Shown here: positions 53,841 through 64,000 of the stretch, in pieces | Numbering within the stretch: the stretch's first letter is position 1 | How the letters are laid out: every line of letters begins with the position of its first letter | DNA from: Eledone cirrhosa | Lineage: Eukaryota | Direction: 5' to 3' | NCBI GenBank assembly: GCA_964016885.1 | Contig: OZ024742.1 | Coordinates: forward strand, 260,090,001-260,154,000 | DNA length: 64,000 nt | Program-made: the position numbers and the translations under genes | Notes under the pieces: generated by a model | Seen by the model: only the letters and a program-made list of their open reading frames with translations | What the model was told of the DNA's origin: nothing | Databases searched by the model: none

Positions 53841-54612
53841 ATTATGTATGAAATGTTGAGGCAAGGAATTGTTTGATTGAAAAGGTTTAGTAATTTGAGC
53901 TATAAAATTATTTCTACCCTTGTTAATGAAAATAATATTGGTTAGGATTAAAGTGTATTAGCATGTAGAAAATTATCTTAACTCTTTTGAAACCATATTT
54001 CTATTGAATGACACTATCTATCATTTTGAAAATTATCAAGAATTTGGAGGAATTTGTAATATAACTAACATTCTAAGTATTTTATTTAGATAAATATAAA
54101 CACCTTGATCCTTTCATGACCATAATTAAATTTGAGGGATTTACTAAAGTTATTTATTTATTACTATGGTAGTAACATTAAAATTATGTTGCTAGAATTT
54201 AATTTAAATACAAACCTTTTAACCTTTCCATGAACATATTCCTAATCAAATACATTCTATTTCAAAAAATGAATGAAGAATTTTAAAGGATTTACGAAAA
54301 CTATTAGCTATTTCATTATTAAGGTAATAATGTTTCTAATTTAAAATTATTTTGGAAGATTTTGATTTAAACAAGAATCCTTTAAAAGGGGTAGTTTTGT
54401 TTTATAGAACCAGAGATGATTTTGGGTTGATATCAAAACGGTTAATAATGCTACAAAAAACTAGATAGAAATCAGTACCAGTCATTTACTATATAACCTA
54501 GTTAATTGATATAATGCATAGTCCTACATACAAAGAAACAAAAGAGAAAAAAAACAAGGGTTTTGTATTCTTAATCCCATTGTTGCTGGTGTTGTTGTTC
54601 CTTTGTTGATGT

Positions 54613-57570
<2,958 letters not shown>

Positions 57571-59033
57571 GTAAATGTAAAAAAGGAAGTGAAAAGGGAA
57601 TGCTAATGTAGAGGCATATATCATATTTTACTGGAAGCTGGAACTTCTTAAATTGTTCTCCAATTTGAACAACGATATAAGTTTAGATTGGATAATGATG
57701 AAACTGTAGGATTTTAATGGTTGACCATATTAACTTTCTTAGGTGCTGGGTTCAATCCCACTGCACTATATGTGCAAATGTCATTTACCTTAGTTTTGTG
57801 TTGAACCAATCCTTATGAGCAAAATTAGAGAAATGGAAAATGTTTGGAAGTCCATTGGATGGACTGAATCTGTAATTCAAAGGGCCTGCCTTGTCACACA
57901 TTGTGTCACTGAATTTCCCTAAGAACTATGTTAAGGGTACCTGTGTGTGAGGAATGTTCAGTCACTTAACATTGATTGAACAACTGGAACACTCATCATT
58001 CAAACTGATAGAGGTTTATGTCAAAGGGATTGGAAGAGGTTTTTCTTTTCAGTTAGAGAAAAGAGAAGTAAGAAAGGATTGAGATTAAAATGACAAAACA
58101 TTTGCCATAGCTAACCTCTTTGCTTTGGCCACAAACCCAGGTACTGTCACTAGTAACACAGAAGAGCTTTCACTGATTGTCTCCTGTTTGTTCTGATTGC
58201 CTTTGAAACCTTTAGTGTCCTTAGTCTCCTGACTGACATTTTTCTTCATTAAATCATGAGGATGATGATGTCTCACCCTGAGGAAGAAGTTCTATGAGGT
58301 GGAATGGCTGAGGCAGTGGGTATTGCTGGCTGTTCTTCATGTCATTTTGCAGCAACTGAAATAAACCACCCTGCCAAGGGTCACGAGTTTGTCCACCCAT
58401 CCCTCTTTTTCTTTTTTCTCTTTATTCCCTCTATTTTTTTTTTTCTCTCTTCCCGATTATAAATATAACCATTAAAATAAATAAATGGAGGAGCAGGAAA
58501 GATGTGAGAGTAAAACAATATAACTGTAATTTTCAAGATATTCTTGAAAATTACATAGCAACTCTGTAACCTCATCATATTTAACATTAATATCTTTACT
58601 TTACTTTACTGCAAATTTTGACAACAATCTGTCCATTTTTAAAGATAATATCAAACCACAGGAAACCTCATTAACAGGACACTTTTAAAAAGTAGAAAAC
58701 ATTACGATGATTGCTTCACATGAAACATTAATGTCTTTACTCTAATACTATCAATTTTATCAATAATCTTCTGTTAATAGTAAATATATTATAAGTATTT
58801 GAATATAAAAACAAAAGTTTTTAGATATTCTGCTAAATCATTACAGAATATAATGAGGTAAAATATCCATCCATGCTAAAGCAGAAGTTAGCCTTAATTG
58901 GAGGATGACAAATTTCACCATTTCCCCCCGATTATTTCTACTTGTAGCTGGGTATGAGTCTTCATGAACATATTTCAGTTGATATTTGAAAATATTTTTT
59001 TCTCAATTTTTCACGCATCAGTTTTTTTAAGAG

Positions 59034-59260
59034 CAATAACTCCCCACAAGTGGACTACTGGGAAAGTGCCTGCATGACCAGTTTTTAAGGTCAATAACTT
59101 CCCACAAGTGGTCTACTGGGAAAGAGCCAGCATGGCCTGTTTTTAAGGTCAATAACTTGCCATGAGTGGTCTGTTGGTAAAGAGCCAGCATGACCAGGTT
59201 TTTAAGGCCAATAACTTCCCACAAAAAGTTTGTTGGTAAAGAGTTAGCATGACTAGTTTT
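59034..59260. repeat. About 54-bp minisatellite, four diverged units
   Basis: caataacttcccacaagtggtctactgggaaagagccagcatgacc.gtttttaagg repeated. Confidence 0.85.
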
Positions 59261-60440
59261 TCAGTGAAGGGGTGGGTGGCATTTGAACTCAGATTACATA
59301 AAGCAAGATCAGATACATCTAAACAGGCCATTTAATTCTTTAACAATTCCACCAAGCTACCATCTTATTACTTTATTTATTGACCCTGAAAGGATGAAAG
59401 GCAAAGTCGACCATGGCAAGTTTGAGCTCAGAGTGGAAATGATATTGAGGCATTCAATCTGAACAACTCTGACAATTCATTGTTTACTTTTTTCTGTTAC
59501 TCTATCATTACCATATTTCTAATGAAAGACACTACCTTTGATTTTCACAGTTTTTTTAAATAATCAAGAATTTAGAGAGATTGATTTAAATAAATTTCTT
59601 ATTTTCAAGCTGAAATTTGGAGCATTAAAGGTTTTTACATAAAATTATAATGGAAGGTTTTAGAAAAATATGAATACAAGCAGTCTTATATTGTAGAAAC
59701 TAGGACAGTTTCAGGTGGTTTGGTATCAAATTGATAACACATATCAATTGTTTTTATTTGATTTTTTTTTTTAATATTTTATAATGTACATGTTTACATA
59801 ATTCTGGTCTTCTCTCTTTTTTCTCCTTTATATAAGCAACAAATTCACTTTTTTCTGTCCCTTTATTTTACACGCATTGGTTATATAAGGTGACAAATTG
59901 GTAGTCATTATGACATCAAATTATAAATGCCTCGGTATTTATTCCAGCTCTCAAGGTTGATAAATAAAGTACCAGTTCAGCACTGAGATTGATTCTTTCT
60001 TTCACGGGAAGAAAATGAGTGTGTTCCAACCTGGAGAGGGAGGGGCTCCACTAGGTTTTTTAAAATATCCAAGATATGGCGTATATCAGGATAAAGCCAC
60101 TATGATTCCATCAGGAATTAAGGGCTTTTTACTTACCTAGAATTGTTATATGGTCAACCAATGAAATCATTTAATTTCAATCTCATCCAATCAAAATGCC
60201 TCTAAAGGTTCAAAATATTTCCACTATATGTCTTTTAAACCTCTTTTTTCTTTTCCATTTTTTCATAACCATCTGAAGATAGGAAATGAGAAACAAAGAG
60301 TAACAATTTATGAAGTTTCAACTATATATATATATTTATATATATACAATCCAACTAAAGCCAATATGGCATGCAGATATAAACTGATGATTAATATATA
60401 TGTTTATATATATATATGTGTGTATGTATGTATATATATA

Positions 60441-60747
<307 letters not shown>

Positions 60748-60850
60748 TTTATTTTACATTACTCCGGAGTAACCAAACCAACCTGCGCACTTCGTCGAGT
60801 GCTCCAATCTGCATACTGGGGTGTTGGTAATCAACCAACATATACTCAAA

Positions 60851-60895
<45 letters not shown>

Positions 60896-61224
60896 CATAC
60901 ATACACACACATATATATACATTTATGTATTATATCCACATACACACACACTTATATACACACATATATATATATAATATATATATACACACATACACAC
61001 ATATACACATACAGATATTTGTCACCACTTTGCTCTCATCTTTCTGTTTTGTCTGTCTTGTGTGTTTTCCCCTATTTTTAGTTCCATTCTTGTTATTTTC
61101 CTTTTTTTTTTGTTAGACTTTTATTTCTAACAATTTCTTAAACAATCAAACCTCTTTTCATTTTTTAAAATTTGTACACTTTGGTTATTTTTAAATTAAA
61201 ATATTAAAACAAATAATAAAAAAA

Positions 61225-61269
<45 letters not shown>

Positions 61270-61450
61270 TGATTAACTTCATTATTGTTTCATTTTTGTT
61301 ATTTTAATTTTTTTGTTTTGGCAAACCAAATGTGTAAAATTTATTTGAATGTTGTGTTTGCTACGCTACCACAGTTGCTGCATAATAATAATGATGATAA
61401 TAATATTAAGAAGAAGAATATTATACTCATGTAATACTAGGATAAATATG

Positions 61451-61509
<59 letters not shown>

Positions 61510-61906
61510 CATCACCATCATCATCATCATCATCATCATAATAACTAGTTATAATGTAAAATATTTCTATTCATCTAAACCTAAACTCTTGTATGTAATA
61601 ATACATTTTTTTAATTAATAAACAAACACATAATTAGCTAAAATTTAAAAATTAAAATGCTTCATCTTGATTTGTTTATGTCTATTGATTGGTATTTCAT
61701 TCTAAATTTTAAATTTAAATTAATATAAACACAATAAAAGTTTAAAAAAGAGTTTTAATTGTAGATTAAGGCAAAATTAATGTATTAATTAAAAAAAGGA
61801 CCATCTAAACATAATAATATCATACCTCATTACCAGTTTTTAATTGCCTCATTTGGTTAAGCATCAGAGAATAAAATATAATGAAATATTACAACTCATC
61901 AAAATG

Positions 61907-61976
<70 letters not shown>

Positions 61977-62605
61977 CATACATACATACATACATACATA
62001 CATGTATTTATATACACACATATATATATGTGTGTCTGCATGTGTGTATATATATATATATATATAAGGTTGTAAATTTAGATAATTAAAATGCTAAATT
62101 CAGTGCTATCCATGTAACTAGTTCAGCAAGCTTTTTAAATTATGTATTTCAATTATCCACTGAAAATGAATAAATTGTTTTAACTGTATTTATCACCCTT
62201 GCTCTCTGTAATAGTAACATTTTAATAGGAATATTTTTATTATTATTATTATTATTATTATTGTTATTATTATTATTATCATCTTTTTTTCATGTTAGAA
62301 ATTACTATTGATAATATTATTTTTTGATGAAAAAAAAAAAAACTATTTTCAATTGAGGAAAACTATTCAATTCTTTATTTAAGTTTTAATTTCATTAAAA
62401 TTTTTCTCACTGCCCTTCTTTCCTCAAATTAAAAGATAATTAGGGAAAGAAAAAAATTATAACCCAAAACAAAAGACCAAAAAAAAAAAAAGAGAAAAAT
62501 GAAATGATAGTTATCTTCAAAATTATCTCTGATACTATAATATCGGATACAATCATTACACCAGTCAGACAGATAATGCTAATCATATTATGTTCCTCCC
62601 CCCAG

Positions 62606-62887
62606 ATCTGCCTAAGATGCTGAAAATGTCCAACCACATCTACTGGGCTCTCGGACATCAGCAGTCTTTGGTCTGCAACGTCGACGCCAACCCTCCCATC
62701 ATCAAAACACAGTGGACCAAAAATGGTCGCACACTGCAATTTAACAACGACAGACTTCAACTACTGGCCAATGGGACTGTGGTCGTTTCCCATGTACAGA
62801 ACTCGGATGCTGGCAGCTACAGCTGTCAAGCAAGTAGCTCTTTAGGACGAGGGCCTGCTTCGCTGCTTGTCCAGGTTATTGTCAGAG
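62606..62887 (+). CDS. tutl: Internal exon of a Turtle/IGSF9-like gene (probably Ig4)
   Basis: ttcctccccccag acceptor, G|gtgggt donor, 282 nt, phase 1-1. The join gives VT-Y-LPK, then LVCNVDANPPIIKTQWTKNG...NGTVVVSHVQNSDAGSYSCQASSSLGRG, matching the Turtle Ig4 C-x-V-x-ANPP-x5-W-x-K pattern. Confidence 0.85.
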
Positions 62888-62988
62888 GTGGGTATTTACT
62901 GGCGAGTAGCCTCACCCTTCATATATAGCAATAACACACTGCCCAACAGAAAACTTTGCTGAAGCACACATACACGTGTGTGTGAGTA

Positions 62989-63051
<63 letters not shown>

Positions 63052-63254
63052 GTATATATACACATATGCAATTCATGTATGTATTTACTCATGCATACGT
63101 GTATATATATATATATATTTATATATACATATATATATATATATACACATATAGATATATATGTGTGTGTGTGTAAATATGTATATCTGTGTATGTATAT
63201 AAATATATATATATGTGTGTGTGTGTATGTGTATATATATGTATATATTCATAC

Positions 63255-63334
<80 letters not shown>

Positions 63335-64000
63335 CTCAATGCATGTATATAGCATGTATATGTATACATCTATACATATTTATGAGGTTTATCTTCATTT
63401 AACGGAATGAGAAAGATAAAACTAAGTGGTATTAAAAAGGCTGAAATACTCCTCATATGTTCTAAAATGGCTGGAATTTAACTGTAAAAAAACTTGTTGT
63501 TATCAAGCATTTCAAGCTCTCACCAAAGATGTTTTTTTTATAAATAATAAACCTTAGAAACCTATCACAAATATTGAATATAGTCTTACTGTATATGAAT
63601 TAATTAATGAAGAATTTAGAGGGATTCTCTAAAATTATTTGTGATTTAATTAAGATGATATTTGTCAAATAACTTAACAAACGGTTCTTATATCTAATAA
63701 TGTAAAGGCAAAAGTTTAAATAGAAGACCTTTAAAATAGGGATTTTTTTTTATCATAGAATCAGGTTTTGAACAGGATAGTAGCAAGACGATTAAAAAAT
63801 ATTCTTCACGTGACAGTGGAGTTTAGGGTAAATTACTAAATGTATTAGATCAAATTCTTTATCTTTCTATATCTAAGATATATTAAGCCTTTCATAACAG
63901 TATTTTGAATAATAAAATGCACTCTAATTAATGAAGAATCTTGAGGGATTTACTAAAATGTGTAGTTCTGTGCTATGATTACATAAAAAGAACTACATTG

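Overview
AT-rich animal genomic DNA. The SINE/RTE repertoire and very long (TA)n arrays suggest a coleoid cephalopod such as an octopus (inference). Almost all of the window is intronic. Three phase-1 exons on the + strand (18155-18424, 19856-20143, 62606-62887) each encode one Ig domain and splice in frame into a Turtle/IGSF9-like cell-adhesion protein; the second intron is about 42.5 kb. The rest is a dense transposon landscape: RTE-clade LINEs whose reverse transcriptase carries an internal C4HC3 PHD-like finger, a Penelope-like element (PLE) 3' half with a GIY-YIG nuclease, an RLE-type LINE remnant, several tRNA-head SINE families (one using the RTE 3' tail), a non-autonomous Helitron, hAT and piggyBac-like MITEs, mini- and microsatellites, and a 200-N gap. 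The most notable non-obvious signal is a set of PLE-type hammerhead ribozyme motifs scattered through the long intron, two of them as back-to-back pairs inside large near-perfect DNA palindromes. Most ORFs in the supplied track are microsatellite artefacts.
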